The notes beneath the pieces were generated by a model that was given only the letters and a program-made list of their open reading frames with translations, ran no database searches and was not told the origin of the DNA. A program made the position numbers and the translations under genes. A stretch of 64,000 nt of DNA from Myxococcales bacterium (lineage in GTDB: Bacteria; Myxococcota_A; Polyangia; Polyangiales; DASUME01): the NCBI GenBank assembly GCA_047601445.1, contig JASGJH010000001.1, positions 6,016,001-6,080,000 of the forward strand, in the 5' to 3' direction. Positions 29,801 to 38,352 of the stretch are shown here, in pieces. Positions within the stretch are counted from its first letter, which is position 1, and each line of letters begins with the position of its first letter.

Positions 29801-30950
29801 TGCCGAGGGCCGCCGTGATGGGGATCGTGAGCGACTGGCCGTCCTCCGCCGCCACGAACGTGGTGCCCGAGGCAGGACTCGTCAGGCTCACGCTGCAGCC
29901 GCTAGTGTCCACGGTGATCACCCGCTGGCTTCGGGTGGTGGCACCGGCTTCGTCGCGGCAAATCGCCATCACGCGCGCCGATCCGTCGGGCAAGGCCACG
30001 CCCTCGAAGCGAGCCACCGTGCTGCCGGGCGCGATCATGGCGGTGACCACGTTCTGCTCATCACCGTTGATCAAGAGCTGCACCGGATGGCTCGCGCCGT
30101 CGGCGTCGGTCTGCACCTCGATGTCGAGGTTGAGCCCTGGAATCTCGCCGTCATCGATGTCGTCGGCGGAGGTGTACGTGCGTTCCTCGAAGGGATTCAG
30201 CGCACACGAAGGTCCATTGCAGTCGAGCATCACGTCGGCCGGGAAGGGCACCGCGGCGCAGTGATTGTCTTCCACCAACAGCGCCAGTTTGAACGCCTCG
30301 TTGCGCAGCTCGATGGGCACGTCGGCGATCTGCAGTGTGCCCCCGCGCGTCACGCCGCTGGCCACGCGGCCGCCCTTCACCAACACCGAGACACGCGTGC
30401 CGTCGCGCAGACCCGTGGCCGCGAGCAACGGGATCGTGTAGCTCTCCCCGCAGCTCTCGCCCGCGCGAGGACCCAGCAGCAAGGGCTCACCGAGGGCCGG
30501 CGGCGCCGGATCCAGGAACGTGATGGAGCCGCAGGGGTCCTCGAAATAGAGCGTGATCACCGGCGACATGCGGCCGCTGCGCGCGTCCCGTGCGGCCAGC
30601 CGGTTGGCTCCGGGAAACAAGGTGACCGAGGGGAAGGTGGCTGCGCTGCCGCTCGTGGGCATGCGCGTGATCACCTCCGGGGCGCCACCCGAGAGTCGCA
30701 GCAGCTCGATGGGCACGCCGTCGTCCACCGTCTCCACGCGCACCTGGATCTGCATCCCGGCGGTGTAGGTGTCGACGTCGTCGGCGTCGCTGAAGGTCTG
30801 GTCGCTCGCTGGCGACACGATGCGCAGAGCGTACGGGTCTTCCTCGGCGAGATCGCAAGCGGGGACGCAGCTCACCAGGGCCAAGAGGCAGGCCCAGCGC
30901 GCTCCGTGTCTGGCTTCCGGGCCCACCAGCGCCCGTCGACTTCGCCCCAT
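26838..30950 (-). CDS. Large Cys-rich surface lipoprotein with Ig-like repeats and a C-terminal FG-GAP/integrin-alpha-like propeller
   Basis: Signal ending VPAC; repeated beta-rich modules; GDVNGDGFDD, GNFDGD, GDLDGDG, GDLDADG, GDVDGDG loops. Confidence 0.82.
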   Translation of the reverse strand: MGRSRRALVGPEARHGARWACLLALVSCVPACDLAEEDPYALRIVSPASDQTFSDADDVDTYTAGMQIQVRVETVDDGVPIELLRLSGGAPEVITRMPTSGSAATFPSVTLFPGANRLAARDARSGRMSPVITLYFEDPCGSITFLDPAPPALGEPLLLGPRAGESCGESYTIPLLAATGLRDGTRVSVLVKGGRVASGVTRGGTLQIADVPIELRNEAFKLALLVEDNHCAAVPFPADVMLDCNGPSCALNPFEERTYTSADDIDDGEIPGLNLDIEVQTDADGASHPVQLLINGDEQNVVTAMIAPGSTVARFEGVALPDGSARVMAICRDEAGATTRSQRVITVDTSGCSVSLTSPASGTTFVAAEDGQSLTIPITAALGSDCASARFADSDTPDCAQLSAAPYQAVTLGQTTFSSTLTLSKNGPRFLCVGTKDSSDNQSVVSVPVTFENKGPSLSIQSPNGPLMLNRAGDATHVADADPSTPACDQAVAVTCALDGKTVSLVRMPDNVVLAETTCVGHRASFASVPFPSQNDGTSYQVAARTTSDKGLIGKSTPLEVWADCEPPHLSFSNFSCGLSAVTSDMDEDAGKAGLQKTLRVSNMPNPKPAVSLSLSTSAGPLAGSPFNSETHDGPETVFAGLTLPTGLIEAQACASDESGNAACSAPCDLLVGDVPAVTILTPADDQVVYSVDHSAAGVAYHGTAPSDVDCSGVAGLQVPVIAGVTNAAVGRAARVRVYDVAGALVDEVPTSVNGQGRVVACVRTQEGALRLRIEVDAASAATNGLYGAAERRFGVDTLAPTSALVSSALATSCREPSSLNFGVSASEDDPLSFELRCSSTSIDSEAAWKAAQPVPGALHEASTASGASGTNSAPGALTWTLPAWLPGARHYCSVRGYDRVGAYTPLGTSHLFEQPALTARGVPLPSELDDSAHEEPAGLTMTAVGDVNGDGFDDVVVSRAAPRNLGAAALYLGSAHGLAANAHSVFETTDSYELGTAVVALGNFDGDAFGLNDFAISAPLSGRLFVVLGRREFPAGNRALDAGGCSADLCVVGSVGLGAALASARYDLDALPDLAAADAAGALVLLGDGGFEPIPELGASGAGSCLDARLGGPAPDACGSGSSSAARGFRVQTERSVDLIAGAWPGALFLAHAGSQGAPALWLSAGRAYAREDQLVSVASSELSLLQQPGAPVTPGNLALVGDLDGDGQAELAWGHGAGAGSVQLYRRSGEGLVTAFSVLNDLAGGSADGFGYDVASGAHPELGQLGDLDADGRADLLVSAQGEAGPHGSVDLFQQLAPYSGSRPRSSRAIALGDDNLPTSDAPAEAPYRRQGQWIGDVDGDGHLDLAVLEPDHERGAGRFVVLGECAP

Positions 30951-30969
30951 CAGCTCACTCGATTCTCGC

Positions 30970-32280
30970 TCACACCAGGATTTCGGCGTCGGCCGCCAGC
31001 GACTCTTCGGCGGAGACCGCCCGGATCTCGTCGTCGCGTCGCGTGGCCAGCTCGTACAGCTCGACCAGCAGGCCAGGGTAGGTGCGCATCAACGTCTTGA
31101 GGCTCTCGCGCGTCAGTTCGTAGGCCACCGTCGGGTACATCGCGAGCACGTCCGCCGTGGCGTCGCGCCGTAAAATCAGCGAGATCTCGCCCACCACGTC
31201 GCCCGCGCCCAGCGTGGCTAGCACCAGCCGGTCTTGCCCCTCCGGCACGGACACGGCCACGGCGCCGCTGGCGATGAGGTAGATGCTCTCGGCCTCCTGC
31301 TCGCGCACGATCAGGGCCTCGTTCGGCTCGAAGAAGCGCATCTCGAGCTTGCCAAGGAGCTCCGCCCGCTGGCTCATGGGCAGGCCGGAGAGCACTCGCG
31401 CGTGGCGCATCAAGTTCGCCTGCATGCGACCGCGGCAGAACAACGAGAGCTCCTTGCTCAGCTCGGGCGCTCCCTCTGCCGCACGCTCCAGCTCGGCGCG
31501 TCCGAGCACGAGCAGCTGCGTCGGCTCCAGGGCGACCACGCTGGCGCTGCGCGGCGCCGCGCTCAAGAGGGCCATCTCGCCGAACATGGCGCCCGGCCCC
31601 AGCTGGGCGAGCAGCGTCTCGTCGCCGCCCGTGCTGCGCACCACTTTGAGCACGCCGCGCGCGACCACGAAGGCTTCCTGACCCTGGTCGTCCTGGCGCA
31701 CCACGGCCTGTCCGCCCGAGATCTCCTCCACGCGAATCGCATTCAACAGGCGGCCGAGCTCCTTGGGGGGTAGGGCGGCGAACAGCGGCAGCGCCGGCAA
31801 CGGGCTGTCGGCCGGCACCGGGTCCTCGAGCTTCAGGTAGCCCTGCATCACCTCGTCGGCCTCGGCGTACAGGGCGTCGCCGGAGAGCTTGTTCAGGTCG
31901 GGCTGGACATCGATCTTGGGGAAGGGTGGCGGGCGCTGCGTGTTGTCGCCGATGCGCGGGGAGCCCTTGGCGAAGGCCTTGGCGATCTGGGCGATCAGGG
32001 GGGCCTGGTCTTCGCCGGCGTCGAGGGCCAGCGTGCTCGCCACCAGGGCACCCGGGAGGTCGCCGCGGCGAATGAAGGCGTCCACCAGGCGTGCCGCGAT
32101 TTCGGCCCCGAGCAGGGTACGATCTTGGTCGATCAGCACGCGCGCCACCAACGCCACCGGACCGGGTGCTTCGCGGCTCGCGCGAGCGCAGGCGAGGGCC
32201 AGACGCAGGGCGGCTTCTTCGTCCCCGTCGAGGCGATGGGCGTGGGCTTGATCCAGAGGCGAGAGCACGTGATCGGTCAT
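30970..32280 (-). CDS. Protein with two cyclic nucleotide-binding domains
   Basis: LGPGAMFGEMALLSAAPRSASV and LGAGDVVGEISLILRRDATADV; helical N-terminus. Start ATG 32280. Confidence 0.88.
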   Translation of the reverse strand: MTDHVLSPLDQAHAHRLDGDEEAALRLALACARASREAPGPVALVARVLIDQDRTLLGAEIAARLVDAFIRRGDLPGALVASTLALDAGEDQAPLIAQIAKAFAKGSPRIGDNTQRPPPFPKIDVQPDLNKLSGDALYAEADEVMQGYLKLEDPVPADSPLPALPLFAALPPKELGRLLNAIRVEEISGGQAVVRQDDQGQEAFVVARGVLKVVRSTGGDETLLAQLGPGAMFGEMALLSAAPRSASVVALEPTQLLVLGRAELERAAEGAPELSKELSLFCRGRMQANLMRHARVLSGLPMSQRAELLGKLEMRFFEPNEALIVREQEAESIYLIASGAVAVSVPEGQDRLVLATLGAGDVVGEISLILRRDATADVLAMYPTVAYELTRESLKTLMRTYPGLLVELYELATRRDDEIRAVSAEESLAADAEILV

Positions 32281-32418
32281 GGTTCCTGGGTCTCGAGGTG
32301 CCCGCGTCTGCGGGCGAGCGACGCTACGATAACAGCTTTTTTCCAGCCTCCAGAAAGTCCGCGGGTGCATCGCCCCTAGCGGCTCCGGAGCTTTTCGCGA
32401 GGGCCCGAGCCGAGCGAC

Positions 32419-32531
32419 TTATCCACAGCTCTGTGGGTAAGTCGTGCGTAGAGAATAAACAAGTAATTACGGTAACTAAGAAGCGTTATCGACAATCCGA
32501 GGGATGTTTCTTCACAGCCACCTGTGGATGT
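32419..32531. promoter_or_regulatory. DnaA-box cluster around an AT-rich tract (oriC-, DARS- or datA-like)
   Basis: TTATCCACA 32419-32427 (perfect), TGTGGGTAA 32432-32440, TTATCGACA 32486-32494, TTCTTCACA 32508-32516, TGTGGATGT 32523-32531; AT-rich 32449-32483. Confidence 0.65.
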
Positions 32532-32556
32532 CTTGCGAGACCCGCGAGCGCGCCCG

Positions 32557-32633
32557 GAGCGAAGCGAACCTCGCGGCGGGGTGGGCCCGGCGCGGCTTTG
32601 CCGCGACGGCGGGGAGGGTGCGTGCCCTCCCCG
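32557..32633 (-). repeat. REP-like palindromic element (inverted copy of the 63.8-kb repeat)
   Basis: Reverse complement GGGGAGGGCACGCACCCTCCCCGCCGTCGCGGCAAAGCCGCGCCGGGCCCACCCCGCCGCGAGGTTCGCTTCGCTC aligns with 63808-63886. Confidence 0.85.
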
Positions 32634-32636
32634 TGT

Positions 32637-33845
32637 TCAAGACGCGAAGAAGAAGTGCTCGAGCTCGTCACGCTTTTGGGCTGCATCGCGGCGCCCTAGC
32701 TCCACCAGCTCACGCACGTAGTTGGCGTCGAACAGCAGGAAGCTCGCCAAATCGGCCTCCGCGGCCTCGCCCACGTCGATGGCGCGGATCAGGGCATGGA
32801 CCAGGGCCGTATCGGTGCGCACCCGGCGCGAGCGCTGGGTGAGGTAGCCATGGGCGATGTACCCGAGGTCCACGCTCGGTCGCACTGCGCACACCGTCAC
32901 GGGATTGCGCGCGGGCTTCTGGCGGGCGCGGGCCTCGCGGTTGATCTTCTCGATGAAGTCCGGGCCGAACACCGCCTCGCCCATGGACATGTACTCGTTG
33001 ATGCGGCCGATCTCGTGGATGTCGGCCTCGAGGTGGTCGAGGAAGAACGCGTCGAGCACCTTACCGAACAGGAACGGGGCACCCGGAGCGCGGTCGGGGG
33101 CGATGGACAGCGTGCCGCTATCGAACTTGTTGTGGGAAAGGCCCACCACGAACAGCTTGCGCGCGCCCAGGTGGATCGCGGGGGCCGTGGGGGTGTTCAC
33201 ACGCAGGCCACCGTCGCAGTAGAGCTCGCCGTCGATGTCCACCATTGGGAACACGATCGGAATGGCCGCCGAGGCGAGCACGTGCTTGGCGCGCACCGGG
33301 CCCTGACGCATCACGCACTGCCTGCCCACATTGGGCGGCCGTGTGGCCCGGGCGCTCATGTCCACGAAGACGTGGGGGCGGCCGCTCGCCACATGCGTAG
33401 TGCACAGGGTCAGGGCGCGCAGCACGCCGCGGCGCAGGTTGCGCCCGAGGTTGAGCCAGGAGACGTTGCGCTCGATCAAGCGCGCCAACGGCTCCGCGTC
33501 GAACAGGCCCTGCGGCTTGGCTCCTCCGAGCCAGACCCGGTGCAAAAAGGCCAGCTCGCGCACGCCGAAGCCCAGCACCTGCGAGAAATCGATCTCATCC
33601 CAGAGCTCGAGCAGCTTCTCCATGCCGCTGACGGGTTGGTGCGCCACCGAGGCCAGAAAGGTGCCGTTCACGGCGCCCACGCTGCAGCCCGAGATGATGT
33701 CCATGCGGGGCACTTTGCCCGTGACCCGGACCAGCTCGCCGAACACGTAGCTCAGCACGCCGACCTCGTAGGCTCCGCGTGCTCCGCCGCCCGAAAGGAT
33801 GACTGCCAAGGGTTGAGACTGGGGCGCTTCGACGGCTTGAGACAC
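32637..33845 (-). CDS. Patatin-like phospholipase
   Basis: LSGGGARGAY, GCSVG (GxSxG), ASAAIP, DGG. Confidence 0.92.
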   Translation of the reverse strand: MSQAVEAPQSQPLAVILSGGGARGAYEVGVLSYVFGELVRVTGKVPRMDIISGCSVGAVNGTFLASVAHQPVSGMEKLLELWDEIDFSQVLGFGVRELAFLHRVWLGGAKPQGLFDAEPLARLIERNVSWLNLGRNLRRGVLRALTLCTTHVASGRPHVFVDMSARATRPPNVGRQCVMRQGPVRAKHVLASAAIPIVFPMVDIDGELYCDGGLRVNTPTAPAIHLGARKLFVVGLSHNKFDSGTLSIAPDRAPGAPFLFGKVLDAFFLDHLEADIHEIGRINEYMSMGEAVFGPDFIEKINREARARQKPARNPVTVCAVRPSVDLGYIAHGYLTQRSRRVRTDTALVHALIRAIDVGEAAEADLASFLLFDANYVRELVELGRRDAAQKRDELEHFFFAS

Positions 33846-33983
33846 GGGAATGTGAGCCTAGCCGACGATGGCGCACCGGTGCCACCAGGTTGTGCGCTCG
33901 TGTTTGCGTCACGGGGACGGCATGCGCCCGCGGCTTGATTCGAGTGTCGCGCGAGTGCGCGCAAGATCCGACCGATTCGCGTT

Positions 33984-35093
33984 ATGATCGGCGCGATGAT
34001 TCCGTTGACGATCCCCGCGCTCGGGGCCGAGGAGATAGCCGCCTGCGAGCGCGTTCTGCGTTCGGGCATGTTGGTGCAAGGCAAGGAAGTGCTCGCCTTC
34101 GAGGCCGAACTCGCGCGGGTCGGCCGGCGCGCGTATGCGGTGGCCGTGGTCAACGGCACGGCGGCACTCGAGCTCGCGCTCGAGGCGCTCGCGATTGGCC
34201 CCGGTGACGAAGTGCTGTGCCCAGCGCTCACTTGGCCGAGCCCCGCGCACGCCGTGCGCCGCGTGGGCGCCACGCCGGTGCTCGTCGACGTGGATCCGCG
34301 CGAGTGGAACGCCACCGAGCAACACTTCGCCGAGGCGCGCTCACCCCGCACACGGGCCGCCATCGTGATCGAGCAGTTCGGCAATCCGGCGCGCCACGAT
34401 CGCATCGCGCAGGCGCTGCCCGGGCTACCCCTCATCGTGGACGCGGCTTGCTCGCTCGGTTCGAGCTATCGCGACGCGCCTTGCGGGAGCCACGGCATCA
34501 TCGCCTGCACTTCATTTCACCCGCGCAAGGTGCTCACCACGGGCGAAGGCGGAGCCTGCCTCACCGACGACGGCGCGCTCGCCCAACGTCTGCGCGTGCT
34601 GCGCAACCACGGGCAGCTCGAGCCGGGGAACTTCGTGACCGCAGCGGGCAACGAGCGCATGACCGAGCTGGCTGCCGCCATCGGCCAGGTGCAGCTGGCC
34701 AAGCTCAATCGTTTGTGTGACGAGCGGCGCAGGTTGGTGGCCGAGCTGCGCGCGCAGTTGCCTACGCTGGTGCTGCAGGAAGCACCTGAGGGCGGTCGCG
34801 AGAATCGCCAGACCCTCGGCGTGCTGGTGGGCGAGCCCTTCGCGGGCTCGGCTGCGCGCGATCGCGCGCTCCCGGAGTTCGCCGCGCGTGGGGTGCAAGC
34901 GGGCAAGCTGAGCTACGCGCTACACACCTTGCCGCAGTTCACGGCAGAGGCCGAGCGGGCCAAGCAAGACGGGCGCACGCTCGAGGTGGCTCAGGACATC
35001 GCGGCGCGCGGTCTGTGCCTACCGCTCTTTCCGGGCATGCGTGCGGAGCAGCTCGAACTCGTGATCCAGGCGATCAAGGACGTGATCGGATGA
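33984..35093 (+). CDS. DegT/DnrJ/EryC1/StrS PLP aminotransferase
   Basis: NGTAALELAL, IGPGDEV, DAACSLG, SFHPRKVLTTGEGG, LPLFP. Confidence 0.92.
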   Translation: MIGAMIPLTIPALGAEEIAACERVLRSGMLVQGKEVLAFEAELARVGRRAYAVAVVNGTAALELALEALAIGPGDEVLCPALTWPSPAHAVRRVGATPVLVDVDPREWNATEQHFAEARSPRTRAAIVIEQFGNPARHDRIAQALPGLPLIVDAACSLGSSYRDAPCGSHGIIACTSFHPRKVLTTGEGGACLTDDGALAQRLRVLRNHGQLEPGNFVTAAGNERMTELAAAIGQVQLAKLNRLCDERRRLVAELRAQLPTLVLQEAPEGGRENRQTLGVLVGEPFAGSAARDRALPEFAARGVQAGKLSYALHTLPQFTAEAERAKQDGRTLEVAQDIAARGLCLPLFPGMRAEQLELVIQAIKDVIG

Positions 35094-36037
35094 GCCCCGT
35101 ACTAGCCGTCGAGGACATACACAAGACCTTCAAGATCGGCTTCTTTCGCAAGCGCGTGGAGGCCGTGCGCGGCGTGAGCTTTCAGGTGGCACAGGGCGAG
35201 ACCTTCGGCTTGCTCGGGCCCAACGGCGCCGGCAAGACCACCACCATCAAGTCCATCTTGCGCCTCATTCAGCCAGACCGCGGCTCCATCGGCGTGTTCG
35301 GCAAGGCGCTCTCGCTCGAGAGCATGCGCCGCATCGGCTACATGCCCGAGAATCCCTACGTGTACCAGTACCTGCGCGCGCCCGAGTTCTTGGACCTGTG
35401 CGGGCGCCTGATGGGCATGCCGCGCGCTCAGCGCGAGAAGCGCAGCGCGGAGATGATCGAACTCGTGGGGCTCGCGCACGCGGTCGATCGTCCGATTGGT
35501 CGCTTTTCCAAGGGCATGACCCAGCGCATGGGGCTCGCGCAGGCGCTCTTGCACGATCCCGAGCTCCTGATCCTCGACGAGCCCATGAGCGGCCTCGATC
35601 CCATCGGCCGCAAGCAAGTGCGCGACATCATTCTGGCGCAGCGTCTGGCGGGCAAGACGCTGATCTTCACCAGCCACGTGCTGAGTGACGTGGAGATGCT
35701 GTGCGATCGCATCGCCATCATCAACAAGGGCCGCGTGGTGGCGCGCGGCACGCTCGACGAGCTCCTGAAGCGCGAGGTGCGCCGCGTGCGCATCCAGCTC
35801 GCGGGGACGCCGCAGGTGTTCAAGGAGACCCTGGTGGCGCGCGGTTTCGGGCTGCGCGAGGTGGAGGTTCGCGGCCACGAGGCGAGCGATCTCGAGGTCA
35901 CGATCGAGGGCGATCAGGGCGTGAGTCCGCTGCTCAAGGAAGCGCTCGAGGCCGGTGCCCAGGTGGTGGAAGTGGAGCAGGAGCGCGAGACGCTCGAGGA
36001 GCTCTTCGTGCGCAACGCGGTGGCCAGCGGGGACTAA
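35090..36037 (+). CDS. ABC transporter ATP-binding protein (ABC-2 / myxobacterial PilH-like)
   Basis: GPNGAGKTT, FSKGM, ILDEPMSGLD, SH switch; ATG 35090 overlaps the upstream TGA. Confidence 0.92.
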   Translation: MSPVLAVEDIHKTFKIGFFRKRVEAVRGVSFQVAQGETFGLLGPNGAGKTTTIKSILRLIQPDRGSIGVFGKALSLESMRRIGYMPENPYVYQYLRAPEFLDLCGRLMGMPRAQREKRSAEMIELVGLAHAVDRPIGRFSKGMTQRMGLAQALLHDPELLILDEPMSGLDPIGRKQVRDIILAQRLAGKTLIFTSHVLSDVEMLCDRIAIINKGRVVARGTLDELLKREVRRVRIQLAGTPQVFKETLVARGFGLREVEVRGHEASDLEVTIEGDQGVSPLLKEALEAGAQVVEVEQERETLEELFVRNAVASGD

Positions 36038-36054
36038 GCTAGCGCACCGTGGCG

Positions 36055-37101
36055 CTAAAAGTTGAATACGCCGGGTCGCGGTAGCTCACCTCGCACGAAC
36101 ATCTCGAGGCGCGAGTCGCGGAACAACAGCGGGATCACGGCGGACAGGGTACTGGTCAGGGTGGGCGCGCCGGCGATCAAGACCCAGGGCTGGTCGGTCA
36201 TGGCGGCTCCAGCGCTGACGGTGACGAGCGTCAACAAGCCCGCGATCAGCGCGACGCCGGCCTTGGCGCGCGTGCGGTGGTCGCTTTCGATCAAGAGCTC
36301 GGTGGCTGCTCGCGGGCGCGCTGCCACTGGGCGCCCGAAGTACGTGTCGTAGACCTGCTGACCGACGCCGCGATCGAGGAACGCGAGGGGGATGGTCCAC
36401 AAGAACTGGCTCGCCAGGGCGGCGCCGAAGAACACGCTGGCCACACGCTCGTCGTGGGTGCCGTGGTTGCCATCGCGGTCTGACCAATCGAAGCAGAAGC
36501 TGGTGGAGAGCGTGGCGGCGCCCAGTGCGAAGCCGGTATACGCCCACGGCGTCGCGCGCTCGGGCGGCAACAGCAGGCCCAGGGCGACGGCCGCGCTGAA
36601 GGGCACGATGGAGGAGCCCATCATCCAGCGTGGTGTCTTGGCCTCGACCTCATCGAGAGAAAGCAGCAAGCCGGCCGTGGCGATCATCGCGCCCGACATG
36701 ATCACGGACATCCAGCGACCGCCGGTGCGGCGCTCGTGTTCCTTGCGAGCCATCTCCTGGATCCAGGCATCCGCGCGCTCCGCATCCGCGACCAACGTGG
36801 CATCGAGCTGAGGCTCGGGAAGGGGCCCAGGTGCTGGCAACACCGCGGGTGGGGTCACGACGAGGGGCAGCGGCTCGGTGCTGGGAGGCGGCGTCGGCGT
36901 GCGATCGGAGCTCGGAGGTGTGAGCAGCGGGTCGCCGGGCACGGGGGGAGTGTCGGTGACCGGGGCAGGGCCCAAGTCCGCTGCAGGGGCGAGGACTTGG
37001 TCAGGTGCGACTTCAGCCGGCACGACGTCTTGGGCCGACACCGGCTGCACGCACCAGAGCAAGACGAGGAAGAACGTAAGGAAGTGCATTGGAGGCGGCA
37101 C
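36055..37101 (-). CDS. Hypothetical membrane protein with signal peptide and Pro-rich linker
   Basis: Signal ending VSA-QD, Pro-rich stretch, several hydrophobic helices; start may be ATG 37089. Confidence 0.65.
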   Translation of the reverse strand: MPPPMHFLTFFLVLLWCVQPVSAQDVVPAEVAPDQVLAPAADLGPAPVTDTPPVPGDPLLTPPSSDRTPTPPPSTEPLPLVVTPPAVLPAPGPLPEPQLDATLVADAERADAWIQEMARKEHERRTGGRWMSVIMSGAMIATAGLLLSLDEVEAKTPRWMMGSSIVPFSAAVALGLLLPPERATPWAYTGFALGAATLSTSFCFDWSDRDGNHGTHDERVASVFFGAALASQFLWTIPLAFLDRGVGQQVYDTYFGRPVAARPRAATELLIESDHRTRAKAGVALIAGLLTLVTVSAGAAMTDQPWVLIAGAPTLTSTLSAVIPLLFRDSRLEMFVRGELPRPGVFNF

Positions 37102-37186
37102 GATAGAAGTTGAGGGAGGGAGCTGTCCACCGGGGGATTTCGAGGGCTGTGGGCGGGGGGCAATTCACCTTTAAATTGATTGGTTT

Positions 37187-37409
37187 CGTCGCCGTCGCCG
37201 TCGCCGTCAACCGCTGCGCTGACCACGTCAACGTCAACCGCTGGCGCTGACCACGTCAACGGGAGCCAATCCCAGTCGGCTTACCAGGTTCCGAATACGG
37301 GATCGGATCGGAAGCCGAGAGCAGCGCGAGCCTGCCCACGTTGACGTTGTCAGCGCCAGCGGTTGACGTCGACGTGGTCAGCGCAGGCGGTTGCGGGCGA
37401 CGGCGACGC
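37187..37409. repeat. Long intergenic inverted repeat with internal tandem units
   Basis: Arms of about 70 bp (37187-37261 and 37339-37409) are near-perfect reverse complements built from GTCAACCGCT(G)GCGCTGACCAC and CGTCGC units. Confidence 0.85.
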
Positions 37410-37436
37410 TCTCTCTCTGGTCCGCCCGCCCCCAAC

Positions 37437-37850
37437 TTAATCCCCATCCCCCAACACCCGAAAGATCTGCATCCCTCCCAACATCGCCACCACGAATACG
37501 ATGGAGGGCACGGCCAGGCTTCCCGCCGAGACCACCGCCGGACCCGGGCAAAGGCCAGACAGCCCCCAGCCTACGCCGAACAGTCCCGCGCCCAACAGCA
37601 GCCGGCCGTCGATATTGCGCCGCGTGGGCAGCTGAAAGGTGGCCGCGAATTTGGGGCGGTCGTTGCGGTTGGTGAGCTTGTAGAGCGGTGCGAACACGCC
37701 GACGGCGCCCAGGATCACGAACGCCAAGCTGGGATCCCAGTGCCCCGCGAAGTCCAGGAAATCCAGGATGCGGGCGGGCTCGGTCATGCCCGAGAGCACC
37801 AGACCGACGGCGAATACGAGGCCCGAAAAGAAGGCGATGAAGAGCGTCAT
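37437..37850 (-). CDS. YeeE/YedE-type sulfur-compound transporter subunit
   Basis: GLVLSGM, FLDFAGHWDPSL, FGVGWGLSGLCPGP; ATG 37850 overlaps the upstream stop. Confidence 0.88.
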   Translation of the reverse strand: MTLFIAFFSGLVFAVGLVLSGMTEPARILDFLDFAGHWDPSLAFVILGAVGVFAPLYKLTNRNDRPKFAATFQLPTRRNIDGRLLLGAGLFGVGWGLSGLCPGPAVVSAGSLAVPSIVFVVAMLGGMQIFRVLGDGD

Positions 37851-38260
37851 AGGACATGCCTCGTGACGAAGACCGTGAATGCCGCCGTGCCCATGAACAC
37901 CAGGGTGGCCACCATGGAGCGCGGTGAGCCGCGTCCGATCCCGCACACGCCGTGCCCGCTCGTGCAGCCCTCTCCGAGACGCGTGCCGATACCGACCAGG
38001 AGCCCCGCGCCGAGCAGCACCGGCAAGCTCGGCAGCGCGCCCAGGTCGAAGCGCTGCGGTACCGCGAAGTGCAAGAGTCCCCCGAGCAAAAGGCCCGCCA
38101 CGAACAGCACGCGGGCCCTGCGCTCGTCTGCGTTGCGGTCGAGGATGCCCGCGAGAATGCCGCTCACGCCCGCGATGCGCCCGTTAGCCCACCACATCAA
38201 GGCAGCAGCCAGCCCAATCAGCGTTCCACCCAACAGCGCAGACCACCACTCCGGCTTCAT
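37847..38260 (-). CDS. YeeE/YedE-type sulfur-compound transporter subunit
   Basis: GGTLIGLAA, GRIAGVSGI, GCTSGHGVCG. Confidence 0.9.
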   Translation of the reverse strand: MKPEWWSALLGGTLIGLAAALMWWANGRIAGVSGILAGILDRNADERRARVLFVAGLLLGGLLHFAVPQRFDLGALPSLPVLLGAGLLVGIGTRLGEGCTSGHGVCGIGRGSPRSMVATLVFMGTAAFTVFVTRHVL

Positions 38261-38352
38261 GGCGGTCAGCCTAGTGCCGGTCGGTGGAGTGTGCGAATGC
38301 AGCCGCGTGAGTCGTGCTCCCGCTGCGCGCGCCTCGCCTGCTTCGTGCGCGC

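Noticed and set aside
32449..32483. dif site
   Set aside because: No match to the XerD arm TTATGTTAAAT or the 11-6-11 layout.
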